From assembly GCA_965262385.1 (NCBI GenBank), contig CBDHFB010000016.1:2011381-2075380 (forward strand): DNA of 64,000 nucleotides, given 5' to 3'. The translations under genes were made by a program, and so were the position numbers. Each line of letters begins with the position of its first letter. Position 1 is the first letter of the stretch. Below the pieces are notes generated by a model. It saw only the letters and a program-made list of their open reading frames with translations, had not been told where the DNA came from and ran no database searches. Positions 51,617 through 60,515 of this stretch are shown here, in pieces. Source of the stretch: Dehalococcoidia bacterium. Its GTDB lineage: Bacteria; Chloroflexota; Dehalococcoidia; Lucifugimonadales; CATOSD01.

Positions 51617-54232
51617 CTACCCCCCGAAATACCCCGCCAGCTCGGCGGCGTTGCGCTCCAGCCAGGCTATGTTCAGCCGCACGCGCTCCAGCGACTGGCG
51701 GATGCTCATGTCCGCCGAGGGCGTGGGGTTGTCGCGGAAGAAGCGCACCACGTCCTCCAGGCGTTCGGGCGTGGTGAACCCCGAAGTTATGGACACCAGC
51801 CGCATTATCTGGAAGCCGCCCTCGCCGTAGCGCCGGTCGAACTCGCCCCAGTTGTCCTTTACGAACTCCCAGGTCAGGTCGCGGCCCACGCGCGTGCCGG
51901 ACGCCCGCACCACCATGGTAATGGTGTCCTGCGTCCGCACCTCGTCGCCCAGCGAGCGCTCCAGCGCGTCGCGCACCAGCGCCGGCTGCTCGAACTGCGT
52001 CAGCGCCGCGAGCAGGCGCACCTGCTCCTCCTGGGAGGGCGCGTTGCGCTCCAGCTCCCACAGCGATTCGTAGGTGGCGCCGTCGCCCTGCCTGGCGGCC
52101 ATCGAGAAGACGATCGACCGGATGTCGGGCCGCACGTTGGCCGGGTCGTCGACGTACAGCCCCAATCGGCGCGTCGCCTCGCGCAGCGTCGCCTCGTCGC
52201 CGTAGCCGCCGAGTTGTCCCAACGCGGTGCTGCGCAGCAGCGGCGTGCGCGGCCCCTCGCCGTCGGACTCGTCCCAGCCCACGCCGGCGCCGATGGGCCG
52301 GAATATGTCCAGCGCGAACTCCCGGAACCTGTCGTAGTACGGCGCGTCCCACAGCAGCCGGTCTATGCCGCCGAGGTTCGACGCCAGGTCCGCGCACACC
52401 GAGGCGTCCGTTTCGTTCGCGTAGGCCTCGGCGACGCGCAGGAAGTCCGTGGCCGGCACGTGCCCCGCGCGGGCGAGGGCGTAGGCGTCGTTCTGCACGC
52501 CCAGCCGGTCGATAGCAGGCAGCTCCAGGTCCCGAATCGGGGCGATAAGGCGCTCCAGCTCCTCGCGCTCGTACTTCACGCGGTAGAACCCCGTCTGCGA
52601 GGGGTTCACCTTCACCCACTCTTCGGGCGATGCGGTCGTGAGCCGCACCGCGGCCTCGGACTCCGACACCAGCTCGGTGACCGGCTCGGCGACGGACGCG
52701 CTCCGCACGCTGAACGGGACGTGCCAAAGCGTGGGGTCGTCCTGCGATCCGCCCCCGTATCCAGTACGGGGCAAGCTCTCGATGTCCTCGTAGACGAACC
52801 GGCGCTGCGCGAGGCGCACCTCCACGCCGTCGTCCTGGCGGTCGATGGCGACATCCAGCGCGGGGTAGCCCGTCTGCTTCACCCAGCTATCCATGATCTC
52901 CGCGACCGGCTGGCCGGAGGCGTCGGCGAGCGCGCTCCACAGGTCCGCGGTGCGCGCGTTGGCGTAGGCGTGGGTGGTGAGGTAGTCGTGGAGGCCGCGT
53001 TGGAAGGTGTCCGCGCCCAGGAAGTGCTCCAGCATCCGCAGAATGGAACCGCCCTTGCTGTAGCTGATAGCGTCGAAGAGCTCGCCTATCTCGGCGGCGT
53101 TGTTCACCTCCTGCTCAATCGGGTGCGAGCTCTTCAGGCCGTCCAGGCTCAGGGCGGTGTTCGTGTCGGACGTGACGAACTGCGTCCACATCTCCCATTC
53201 CGGGAACAGGCTGTCGACGGCCTTGTCCCCCATCCACGACGCGAAGCTCTCGTTCAGCCAGAGGTCGCTCCACCAGGCCATGGTCACAAGGTCGCCGAAC
53301 CACATGTGCGCCATCTCGTGGGAGATTATGGCCGCCACTATCTGGCGCGTGAGCGTCGAGCTGTTCTGCTCGTCGACGAGGAGGGCCACCTCGCGGTAGG
53401 TGATCGCGCCCCAGTTTTCCATCGCTCCGGCGGCGAAATCGGGTATGGCGAGGTGGTCGAGCTTGGGCAGCGGGAAGGGAATGCCGAAGTAGTCGTTGAA
53501 GTAGTCGAGCAGCTTTATCGACGTCTCCAGCGCGTAGAGGCCCTGCTCCTCCTTGCCGCTGGTGGCCCACACGCGAATGAGCGTGCCGCTGTCCGCGCGG
53601 CGCTCGACGGACTTGAGGTCGCCCACCACGAAGGCGAGCAGGTAGGTGGACATTATGGGCGTTTCGGCGAAGCGCACCGTCTTGCGGCCCGCGCCGTCGG
53701 GCTGTTCGCTTTCGGTGGGCATGTTGGAGATCGCTACGAGGTCGGCCGGTACCCTCAGGGTGACCTCGAAGGTGGCCTTGAGCGAAGGCTCGTCCCAGCA
53801 TGGGAAGGCGCGGCGGGCGTCCGTAGGCTCGAACTGCGTGGTCGCCATCATGCGTTCGCGGCCGTCCGCGCCGGTGTAGCCGCTGCGGTAGAAGCCGCGC
53901 AGCCGGTCGTTCAGCTCGCCCGTGAAGGCTATGTCCAGCCGGGCTGAGCCCGCCGGCAACTCCGCGCCGAAGTCGAACGCGACCGTCTCTTCGCCCTCGT
54001 CGTACTCGATGCCCGCGACGGAGCGTTCGCTCCCGTCGGCGAGGGTCAGCGAGCAAGACTCAACGGCTATGTCGGCGGAGTTGAGCACGACGCTCGACGT
54101 CGGTTCCAGTATCTCGACGTCTATCGACACCTGCCCCGCGAAGGTGAAGGCGTCCAGGTCGGGCGTCAGCGTCAGATTGTACCGCGTGGGCCGCACGTCG
54201 TTGGGCAGGGCGACCGCGTTGGACTGTGGCAT
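51617..54232 (-). CDS. pepN: Aminopeptidase N (M1 family)
   Basis: GAMENWG and HEMAHMWFGDLVTMAWWSDLWLNESFA (HExxH-x18-E). Confidence 0.95.
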   Translation of the reverse strand: MPQSNAVALPNDVRPTRYNLTLTPDLDAFTFAGQVSIDVEILEPTSSVVLNSADIAVESCSLTLADGSERSVAGIEYDEGEETVAFDFGAELPAGSARLDIAFTGELNDRLRGFYRSGYTGADGRERMMATTQFEPTDARRAFPCWDEPSLKATFEVTLRVPADLVAISNMPTESEQPDGAGRKTVRFAETPIMSTYLLAFVVGDLKSVERRADSGTLIRVWATSGKEEQGLYALETSIKLLDYFNDYFGIPFPLPKLDHLAIPDFAAGAMENWGAITYREVALLVDEQNSSTLTRQIVAAIISHEMAHMWFGDLVTMAWWSDLWLNESFASWMGDKAVDSLFPEWEMWTQFVTSDTNTALSLDGLKSSHPIEQEVNNAAEIGELFDAISYSKGGSILRMLEHFLGADTFQRGLHDYLTTHAYANARTADLWSALADASGQPVAEIMDSWVKQTGYPALDVAIDRQDDGVEVRLAQRRFVYEDIESLPRTGYGGGSQDDPTLWHVPFSVRSASVAEPVTELVSESEAAVRLTTASPEEWVKVNPSQTGFYRVKYEREELERLIAPIRDLELPAIDRLGVQNDAYALARAGHVPATDFLRVAEAYANETDASVCADLASNLGGIDRLLWDAPYYDRFREFALDIFRPIGAGVGWDESDGEGPRTPLLRSTALGQLGGYGDEATLREATRRLGLYVDDPANVRPDIRSIVFSMAARQGDGATYESLWELERNAPSQEEQVRLLAALTQFEQPALVRDALERSLGDEVRTQDTITMVVRASGTRVGRDLTWEFVKDNWGEFDRRYGEGGFQIMRLVSITSGFTTPERLEDVVRFFRDNPTPSADMSIRQSLERVRLNIAWLERNAAELAGYFGG

Positions 54233-54268
54233 CTTGTGTCCTTTCTGGTGTGGTCTCGTGCGAACCGC

Positions 54269-54293
54269 GGGCGGGTTTCAAACCCGCCCCTAC
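54269..54293 (+). repeat. REP-A element
   Basis: GGGCGGGTTTCAAACCCGCCCCTAC. Confidence 0.9.
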
Positions 54294-54369
54294 AGACTCG
54301 CCTACTCTCCCTCGGCGGAGTCAAGCGCCTGAATCAGCAGACTGACCACTGACTACTGAAAACTTCTCT

Positions 54370-55179
54370 CTATGCGCCGGTCCAGTTGGGCTTGCGCTTT
54401 TCGGCGAACGCCTTGGGGCCTTCGATGCGGTCCGCCGACTCGACGGACTTTCGCGTTTCGCTGTAGTTGAGGTTGAACGCCACGTCGAAGGGCAAGTCCA
54501 GGCCGGTTATCGCCATCTGCTTGCTGGCGCGGACGCTCAGTGGCGCGGACTCCAGTATCTCCTCGGCCCATCTCTCGGCCGTGGGCATAAGCTCGTCCAG
54601 AGGAACTACCTCGTTCACCAGGCCGATGCGGTACGCCTCCCCCGCGGATATGCGCCGCGCCGTGAGCAGCATCCCCATCGCTATCTTGTGCGGCACGTGG
54701 CGGGGCAGGCGATGGACGCCGCCCGCGCCAGCGAAGAGGCCAACGCGCGGCTCGGGCAGCCCAAGCTCGGCGTGCTCGGCGGCGATGATGACATCGCACG
54801 CCATGGCGAGCTCCAGGCCGCCTCCGAGCGCGTAGCCGTTGACCGCGGCGATTATGGGCTTCCAGCACTCGAACCCGGTGGTTATGCCACCGAACGGCGC
54901 TCTCGGGCCGGGCCGCGCGCCGCCGTGCTGCGCGGTGTACACCAGGTCGTTGCCGGCGCTGAAGGCGCGCTCGCCCGTGCCGGTGAGTATCGCGACCCAG
55001 GCGTCGGGGTCGTCTCGAAAGCCGGTGAACGCGTCCAGCAGCTCCTGGTTCGCGTAGGGATGCAGCGCGTTCAGTCGCTCCGGCCGCCGGATGGTCACGT
55101 AGGCAATGCGCCCCTTCTTTTCGTAGCTTATGAATTCGTATGCCAAGTGCTCAACTCCCTCTGCGTGGTATACGGGCAT
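54370..55179 (-). CDS. Enoyl-CoA hydratase/isomerase (crotonase) family protein
   Basis: ...FSAGNDL..., GYALGGGLELAMACD... Confidence 0.85.
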   Translation of the reverse strand: MPVYHAEGVEHLAYEFISYEKKGRIAYVTIRRPERLNALHPYANQELLDAFTGFRDDPDAWVAILTGTGERAFSAGNDLVYTAQHGGARPGPRAPFGGITTGFECWKPIIAAVNGYALGGGLELAMACDVIIAAEHAELGLPEPRVGLFAGAGGVHRLPRHVPHKIAMGMLLTARRISAGEAYRIGLVNEVVPLDELMPTAERWAEEILESAPLSVRASKQMAITGLDLPFDVAFNLNYSETRKSVESADRIEGPKAFAEKRKPNWTGA

Positions 55180-55198
55180 TCGTATGCGCGGCGGCGGG

Positions 55199-55831
55199 TC
55201 AGGCGGAGGGGGCGCCGCCCCAGCGTTCCCAGCTTGTAATCTGGTCCACCGGCGCGCGGCGGGTCGGGCCGTAGCGCACGCCCTCCTGCGGGAAGCCGAT
55301 AGGCAGCAGCGCGGCCGTTTCCACGTTGTCCGGTATGTCCAGAATGGCCTTGATCTCGTTTTCGTAGCGCTTGTGCAGCGTGGTTATCACGCTGCCCAGA
55401 CCCAGGCCCCGCGCGGCGAGCAGCAAGTTCTGCACGGCGGGGTAGATGGACGAGCCGCGCGACATAGTGCTGGGCGAGCCGTCGTGCTCGATGCAGGCCA
55501 TAATCAGCACGGGCGCGTCGGCCATCGTCTCCGCCAGGTGCGTCGCGGACGACCTGACGTTCGTCTGGATGTCGGGCGAGGTGTCCGCCTGGTTGCCGTA
55601 GGCGCGCTCCCACGACTGCCAGTAGTACTCTCCGATGCGTCGCTTGATGTCGGCGTCGCGAATCACCAGGAAGTGCCAGCGCTGGCTGTTCGCGCCGCTG
55701 GGCGCTTTGGACGCCGCCTCGATGAGTTTTCGGACCATCTCGTCGGGCACCGGCTCCTGGGTGTAGTGTCGAATCGCGCGCTGGGTGTACATGGCCTCGA
55801 AGAGGCCGATTTCGCTATCCGTGCCGCTCAT
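55199..55831 (-). CDS. Nitroreductase-family protein
   Basis: ...QRAIRHYTQEPVPDEMVRKLIEAASKAPSGANSQRWHFLVI.... Start taken at MSGTDSE. Confidence 0.8.
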   Translation of the reverse strand: MSGTDSEIGLFEAMYTQRAIRHYTQEPVPDEMVRKLIEAASKAPSGANSQRWHFLVIRDADIKRRIGEYYWQSWERAYGNQADTSPDIQTNVRSSATHLAETMADAPVLIMACIEHDGSPSTMSRGSSIYPAVQNLLLAARGLGLGSVITTLHKRYENEIKAILDIPDNVETAALLPIGFPQEGVRYGPTRRAPVDQITSWERWGGAPSA

Positions 55832-56043
55832 TGTCTGGACCGTCCTTCGCTTTGTTGTGTGTTCCACCCTGTGGGTAGCTGTTGGCATTATAGCGGATTT
55901 TCGCAGCAGGCCGCCCCAGCACCCTTTCACTCCGAGCGCAGCCTCCCATGCCATTCCGGTCACCCCCCGTCTACAGGGGTTCTAGGGGTTAACCCCCTAT
56001 GTTAGAATTGACGACATCGAACCCAGAGAACGGAGGCTGGCAA

Positions 56044-57063
56044 GTGAAGGTAGGTTCAGGAAGAGAAGCAGGCTCCCTCGCGGAAGTGCCCGCGGCGGCG
56101 CGGCGGGCGGAAGAACTCGGCTACGACTACTTCAGCTCCAGCGAGACGCAGCACAACCCCTTTCTGCCCGTGACGCTCGCCGCCGAGCACACCGAGCGGG
56201 TTGAGCTGCGGACATCCATCGCGCTGGCATTCGCCCGCAGTCCCATGGACACCGCCTACACCTCCTGGGACCTGCAGGCGCAGTCCGACGGCAGGTTCGT
56301 GCTGGGCCTGGGCAGCCAGGTGAGAGGCCACGTGGTTCGGCGGTTCAACATGCCGTGGTCGCCGCCGGCGCGGCGCATGAGGGAATACGTGCTTGCCCTG
56401 CGGGCCATATGGGACTCCTGGCAGAACAGCACAAAGCTCGATTACCAGAGCGAGAGCTACAACTTCAACCTGATGCCTCCCAACTTCAGCCCAGGGCCTA
56501 TAGAGCACCCGGACATCAAGGTGTGCCTGGCCGCCGTGAACACCTACATGATGCGCGTGGCCGGCGAGGTCGCGGACGGCGTGTTCCTGCACGGCTTCAA
56601 CACGCCAAAGCACACCCGCGAGGTGATTCTGCCCAACCTGGAGCGCGGGGCACAGAAGGCCGGGCGAACACTGGACGACCTCGACATAAGCGGTGGCGGC
56701 TTCGTGGTCACCGGCGCGACCGAGGAGGAGATTTCCGCGAACATCGAGCGAGCACGCGACCAGATCGCGTTCTACGCCTCCACCCGCGCTTACGCTCCCG
56801 TCATGAACACCCACGGCTGGAACGACACGGCGCAGAAGCTGTACCGCATGTCGGTGGACAATCGCTGGGGCGAGATGGGAGCGGAGATCACCGACGAGAT
56901 GCTGGGCGAGTTCGCCGTAATCGGCCACTACGACGGCATCGTGGACCAGATCAAGGAGCGGTTCGGGGAGTTCGACACCTCGTTCAGCTTCTCCATCCCC
57001 GTGCGCGCCCCCGAGGACGAAGAGCGCCTGCGGTGGATGATCAAGAGCCTCCAGGAGGACTAG
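56044..57063 (+). CDS. LLM-class (luciferase-like) F420-dependent oxidoreductase
   Basis: ...FSSSETQHNPFLP...RFVLGLGSQV..HVVRRF.... GTG at 56044 after GGAGG; an ATG at 55999 is also possible. Confidence 0.8.
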   Translation: MKVGSGREAGSLAEVPAAARRAEELGYDYFSSSETQHNPFLPVTLAAEHTERVELRTSIALAFARSPMDTAYTSWDLQAQSDGRFVLGLGSQVRGHVVRRFNMPWSPPARRMREYVLALRAIWDSWQNSTKLDYQSESYNFNLMPPNFSPGPIEHPDIKVCLAAVNTYMMRVAGEVADGVFLHGFNTPKHTREVILPNLERGAQKAGRTLDDLDISGGGFVVTGATEEEISANIERARDQIAFYASTRAYAPVMNTHGWNDTAQKLYRMSVDNRWGEMGAEITDEMLGEFAVIGHYDGIVDQIKERFGEFDTSFSFSIPVRAPEDEERLRWMIKSLQED

Positions 57064-57077
57064 GCCACGGGAGAAAT

Positions 57078-57710
57078 ATGGAGATAACCTGGCTCGGCCA
57101 TTCGGCCCTGCAGATCAAGGGCACGCAGGTGACCCTGATAACCGACCCCTACGCCGACACGCTGGGCCTTTCGATGGGACAGCGTGAGGCGGATGTGGTG
57201 ACGGTGAGCAACTCGCACCCGCACCACTCGAACGCTGCCGCCATCGTCGGCGACCCCAGGGTCATCAAAGGTCCGGGGGAGTACGAGGTGGCCAACTTCT
57301 ACATCAGCGGCTTCGGCACGCGCGGCCGCGAGTACGAGGGCGAGCGGCAGGTTAACACAGTGTACACCTACCGCGCAGAGGGGCTGACGCTGTGCCATCT
57401 CGGCGACCTGAGCGCCAACCCGTCGCCGTCAGAGGTGAACGAGCTGAGCCAGACCGACGTTCTGTTCGCGCCCGCGGGCGGCGTGTGCACCCTGGACGCA
57501 GCGCGCATCGCCCAGCTCGTGCGCACAATCGAGCCGCGCATTCTGGTGCCGCTGCACTACAAGTACGACGGGGTGAACGTGGAACTGGAGCCGCTGAACG
57601 GGATTCTCAGCGAGTTCGGCATCACCGAGCTGGCGCCCCAGCCACGGCTGAACATCACCGCCACCAACCTGCCGGCCGAGCTGCGCGTAACCACGCTGCA
57701 GATCAGGTAA
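57078..57710 (+). CDS. MBL-fold metallo-hydrolase
   Basis: MEITWLGHSALQIKG...TDPY...VTVSNSHPHH. Only the 3' part of ORF 56355-57710 is credible. Confidence 0.75.
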   Translation: MEITWLGHSALQIKGTQVTLITDPYADTLGLSMGQREADVVTVSNSHPHHSNAAAIVGDPRVIKGPGEYEVANFYISGFGTRGREYEGERQVNTVYTYRAEGLTLCHLGDLSANPSPSEVNELSQTDVLFAPAGGVCTLDAARIAQLVRTIEPRILVPLHYKYDGVNVELEPLNGILSEFGITELAPQPRLNITATNLPAELRVTTLQIR

Positions 57711-57875
57711 GAGCGAGCGCTCTTGCCCTTCTAGCTCCGGAGTCGATCCTTACTGGGGAATCCTCGCGGGCCAACTCAGCTACGAATCCCGGTTCATGGA
57801 TTCCGTCTCGGGGGCCGGAATGACGGGTTTGCCAGCCGGTACATTCGCGGCAGAGCCTGGCCCTCCCCTACCCGC

Positions 57876-58025
57876 CTCGGCGCCGCCTGCGCCACCACCG
57901 GCGGAGGCGCAGCGTGATCGCGGGACGGGCGCGCAGATTGGCCGTGACTTGCCCAATCAACGCGGGGTTGCCGACCGCCACCGGCATCACCCAGCGGCGC
58001 AGCTCGCGCATGGTCGTCTCGCCGG
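57876..58025 (-). pseudogene. Displaced copy of the 3' end of the inositol-monophosphatase-family gene
   Basis: Aligns by eye with 60521-60673 (gcgcagattggccgtgac.tgccc.atca.cgc.gggttgccgaccgccaccggcatcaccca.cggcgcagctcgcgcatggtcgtctcgccgg). Confidence 0.8.
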
Positions 58026-58058
58026 CGGCACTGACGCTCGATGTATCTTCGAATAAAT

Positions 58059-58199
58059 TCAGTCAAACTCCGGCGAGAGCCGAGCCAGCGCCTCGTCTGA
58101 CATGGTCTTGATGGTCCAAAGAGGATGATCCTTCGGGGCTCGCTCATCTATGTCCGCAAAGATCAGCATCGTCGCTTGAGGGAAACGTCTGCGGTGCAT
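58059..58199 (-). pseudogene. 5' remnant (46 codons) of an IS1182/IS5-type transposase
   Basis: MHRRRFPQATMLIFADIDERAPKDHPLWTIKTMSDEALARLSPEFD then stop. Parallels 40291-40479. Confidence 0.7.
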
Positions 58200-58301
58200 G
58201 AGTCGGATACCTCCATTGCATTGTGGTAGAATCTCAAATCACCGAGCCGTATCACGGACGCAGACTGCCAACTATATGCCGGGTGTTGTGAGCCGTTACT
58301 G

Positions 58302-60368
58302 GTGGCGGCCACTACCGTTGAAACGACGGGTATTAGAGGGAAGAATGGTAGACATCAAGGATCCACTTTGCGCTTAGGCCTGTTAGTAGTGTGCACCTTA
58401 GCGGCGATTGCATTGACCGCGTGTGGCCAGTCTACTCCATCGGAGACTTCTGCACCCTCCGCAGAACCTACATCTCTAACGGCTCCGACGCCTAGACCCA
58501 CTGAAACTCCTGCGCCCACGGCAACGCCTACTCCCGTCCCGACCGAAACCCCCACGCCTGTCCCTACGGCAACACCTACTCCCGTCCCGGCCGAAACTCC
58601 CACGCCTGTCCCTACGGCAACACCTACTCCCGTGCCAACCGAAACCCCGACGCCTGCACCTACGGCAACACCTACTCCTGTGCCAACCGAAACCCCGACG
58701 CCTGCGCCTACGGCAACAGCAACACTTACCCCCGCACCAACCGAAACCCCCACGCCTACGCCTTTAGCGGAATTGTCGCCTGCAGAAGTGTATAAGCTGA
58801 TCTCCCCTTCAGTGCCATTCGTCGAAACATCAGCGGCCACTGGCAGCGGCGTCCTGATTGAAGGAGGGTACGTTGTCACTAACTACCACGTTGTATGGCC
58901 TTATGAATCGGTATGGGTTGTCTTCCCTGATGGAACGGAATTGGCAAATGTGCCGGTAGTGGGATGGAACCCAATGGCGGACTTGGCGGTATTGGGTCCA
59001 GTAGCTGTGTCTGCCCAGCCGCTGACGCTGAAGGGTGTAGAAAGCACGGCCCTCGGCAGCGAGTTGTTTCTGGTCGGCTACCCTGCCGAAGTAGATCTGT
59101 TTCCGCAGCCTACTATCACTCGGGGCATCCTTTCTCGCTTTCGAGAGTGGGAGCGCCTGGGGATGACTTACTTCCAGACCGACGCCGCCATCGCGGGCGG
59201 TCAAAGTGGTGGGGCGTTGGTTAACTCCAAGGGCGAGGTAGTCGGCATCTCCACATTTTCTTTCAGCGAGGCGGGGTTTGGGTTGGCGGCATCGTCAGCC
59301 GATGTCACCCCCATAGTGAAGAACCTCATCCAAGGTAACTTCACGTCCGAGCTGGGCGACCGTCGGCTGCCAGATGGGCGTGGCAACTTCGAGGTGGATG
59401 TCAATTTGCGCAATTACTGGGACGCGCGCGCGTTTGTGTTGGACGCAACGGCAGGAACGATTCTTGAGGTCAGCCTCGAAGGAACCGGGGATGGATGGTT
59501 CCACGTGTCCGACGCATTTGGCACGATTCTAGAAGTGGATGACAGTTACACGGGCGTCGAGCACGGAGCTGTAGAACTGTTGACAAGCGGCGTCCACTTC
59601 CTACAAGTCGAGATGGCAACGGGGGATTCATCCGGCTTTGAATTATCCAGCGGCGTCAGACTCATGCTGCTCAACGATCCTGACGACGGTCGAGTCGTCA
59701 AGGTAGACGAAACTGTCGCCGGAAGCCTGGACCACTTCTCTGACTGGGATTGGTACTCCATTCACCTGAAAGAGGGAGACACAGTAAGGATTTCAACTGA
59801 CTCCATCAACGTGGACACAGTAGTTTACGTTGACTTCCCCAAGTCCCGCAACAATCAAATTGTATCCGACGACGACAGCGGCGGCGGACTGTTCGGCATA
59901 GACTCCGAACTCGTCTATCGAGCACCTCACACCGGGGAGTATTTCATCGCCGTCACCGAAGCCGAAAGCAATAGCTTAGGGGGCTATTACTTGTCAGTGG
60001 AAGCAGCGAGGGAAGGTACGGAAACGATAAGTGTGCCGCCTAATCCCGAGATAGTGGACAGTCGCTTCGGAACCATGATGGTTTTCGAAGATCCCTGGGA
60101 CTACTCATCAATGCAGGTTCCGGAAGCCTGGCTTGAAGGGCAGGTGGATGACTCACAAGGCGAGATCTTTTATGCCTTCGACCCAGCCACGAGCAACAAT
60201 GCCCTTATCGTCGTCGAGGACGTTCAAGCCCTGGGAGCGGGCGAACTCTCTCTGGCCGAGTACGCCGACTTAATTGAATCTTCGGTACTCACTCATACCT
60301 GCGGGCGCAGAGAACATTACCAGGGAGACGGTGCGAACAGAACAAGGGTTTTCGGCCGTGAGACTTGA
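58302..60368 (+). CDS. Secreted trypsin-like (S1C/DegP-type) serine protease lipoprotein with a TP-rich linker and pre-peptidase-C-terminal-like domains
   Basis: Lipobox LTACG. GSGVLIEGGYVVTNYHVV...TDAAIAGGQSGGALVN. The C-terminal end probably continues in ORF 60274-60519 after a frameshift near 60290-60300. Confidence 0.75.
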   Translation: MAATTVETTGIRGKNGRHQGSTLRLGLLVVCTLAAIALTACGQSTPSETSAPSAEPTSLTAPTPRPTETPAPTATPTPVPTETPTPVPTATPTPVPAETPTPVPTATPTPVPTETPTPAPTATPTPVPTETPTPAPTATATLTPAPTETPTPTPLAELSPAEVYKLISPSVPFVETSAATGSGVLIEGGYVVTNYHVVWPYESVWVVFPDGTELANVPVVGWNPMADLAVLGPVAVSAQPLTLKGVESTALGSELFLVGYPAEVDLFPQPTITRGILSRFREWERLGMTYFQTDAAIAGGQSGGALVNSKGEVVGISTFSFSEAGFGLAASSADVTPIVKNLIQGNFTSELGDRRLPDGRGNFEVDVNLRNYWDARAFVLDATAGTILEVSLEGTGDGWFHVSDAFGTILEVDDSYTGVEHGAVELLTSGVHFLQVEMATGDSSGFELSSGVRLMLLNDPDDGRVVKVDETVAGSLDHFSDWDWYSIHLKEGDTVRISTDSINVDTVVYVDFPKSRNNQIVSDDDSGGGLFGIDSELVYRAPHTGEYFIAVTEAESNSLGGYYLSVEAAREGTETISVPPNPEIVDSRFGTMMVFEDPWDYSSMQVPEAWLEGQVDDSQGEIFYAFDPATSNNALIVVEDVQALGAGELSLAEYADLIESSVLTHTCGRREHYQGDGANRTRVFGRET
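58519..58710. repeat. 48-nt tandem repeat x4 coding (TATPTPVPTETPTPVP)n
   Basis: Units begin at 58519, 58567, 58615 and 58663. Confidence 0.9.
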
Positions 60369-60515
60369 AATGTCGCTCTTCATGCTTCGCGTGATTCGGT
60401 TTATCCATTTAGCTGGTAACAATGTAGCTGTCAACGTTACATATACGTTTGCTGCCGATAGTCTCGACATAGGAGAACAGCTGGCCGACTACTCATTTGG
60501 TACTTTCTATGTAAA

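Noticed and set aside
7598-54293. REP-A copies considered as a possible CRISPR array
   Set aside because: The copies are kilobases apart at irregular spacing, one per intergenic region. They are palindromic with no spacer structure, and no cas genes are present.
44353-57710. Shadow ORFs 44353-45552, 46033-46914, 48683-49666, 48939-50051, 51501-52727, 52214-53947, 53115-54056, 54688-55239, 55130-56005, 56056-56928 and the 5' part of 56355-57710
   Set aside because: All overlap well-supported genes (MaoC/cysC, GT4, M20 x2, pepN, crotonase, nitroreductase, LLM) in other frames or strands, with low-complexity composition.
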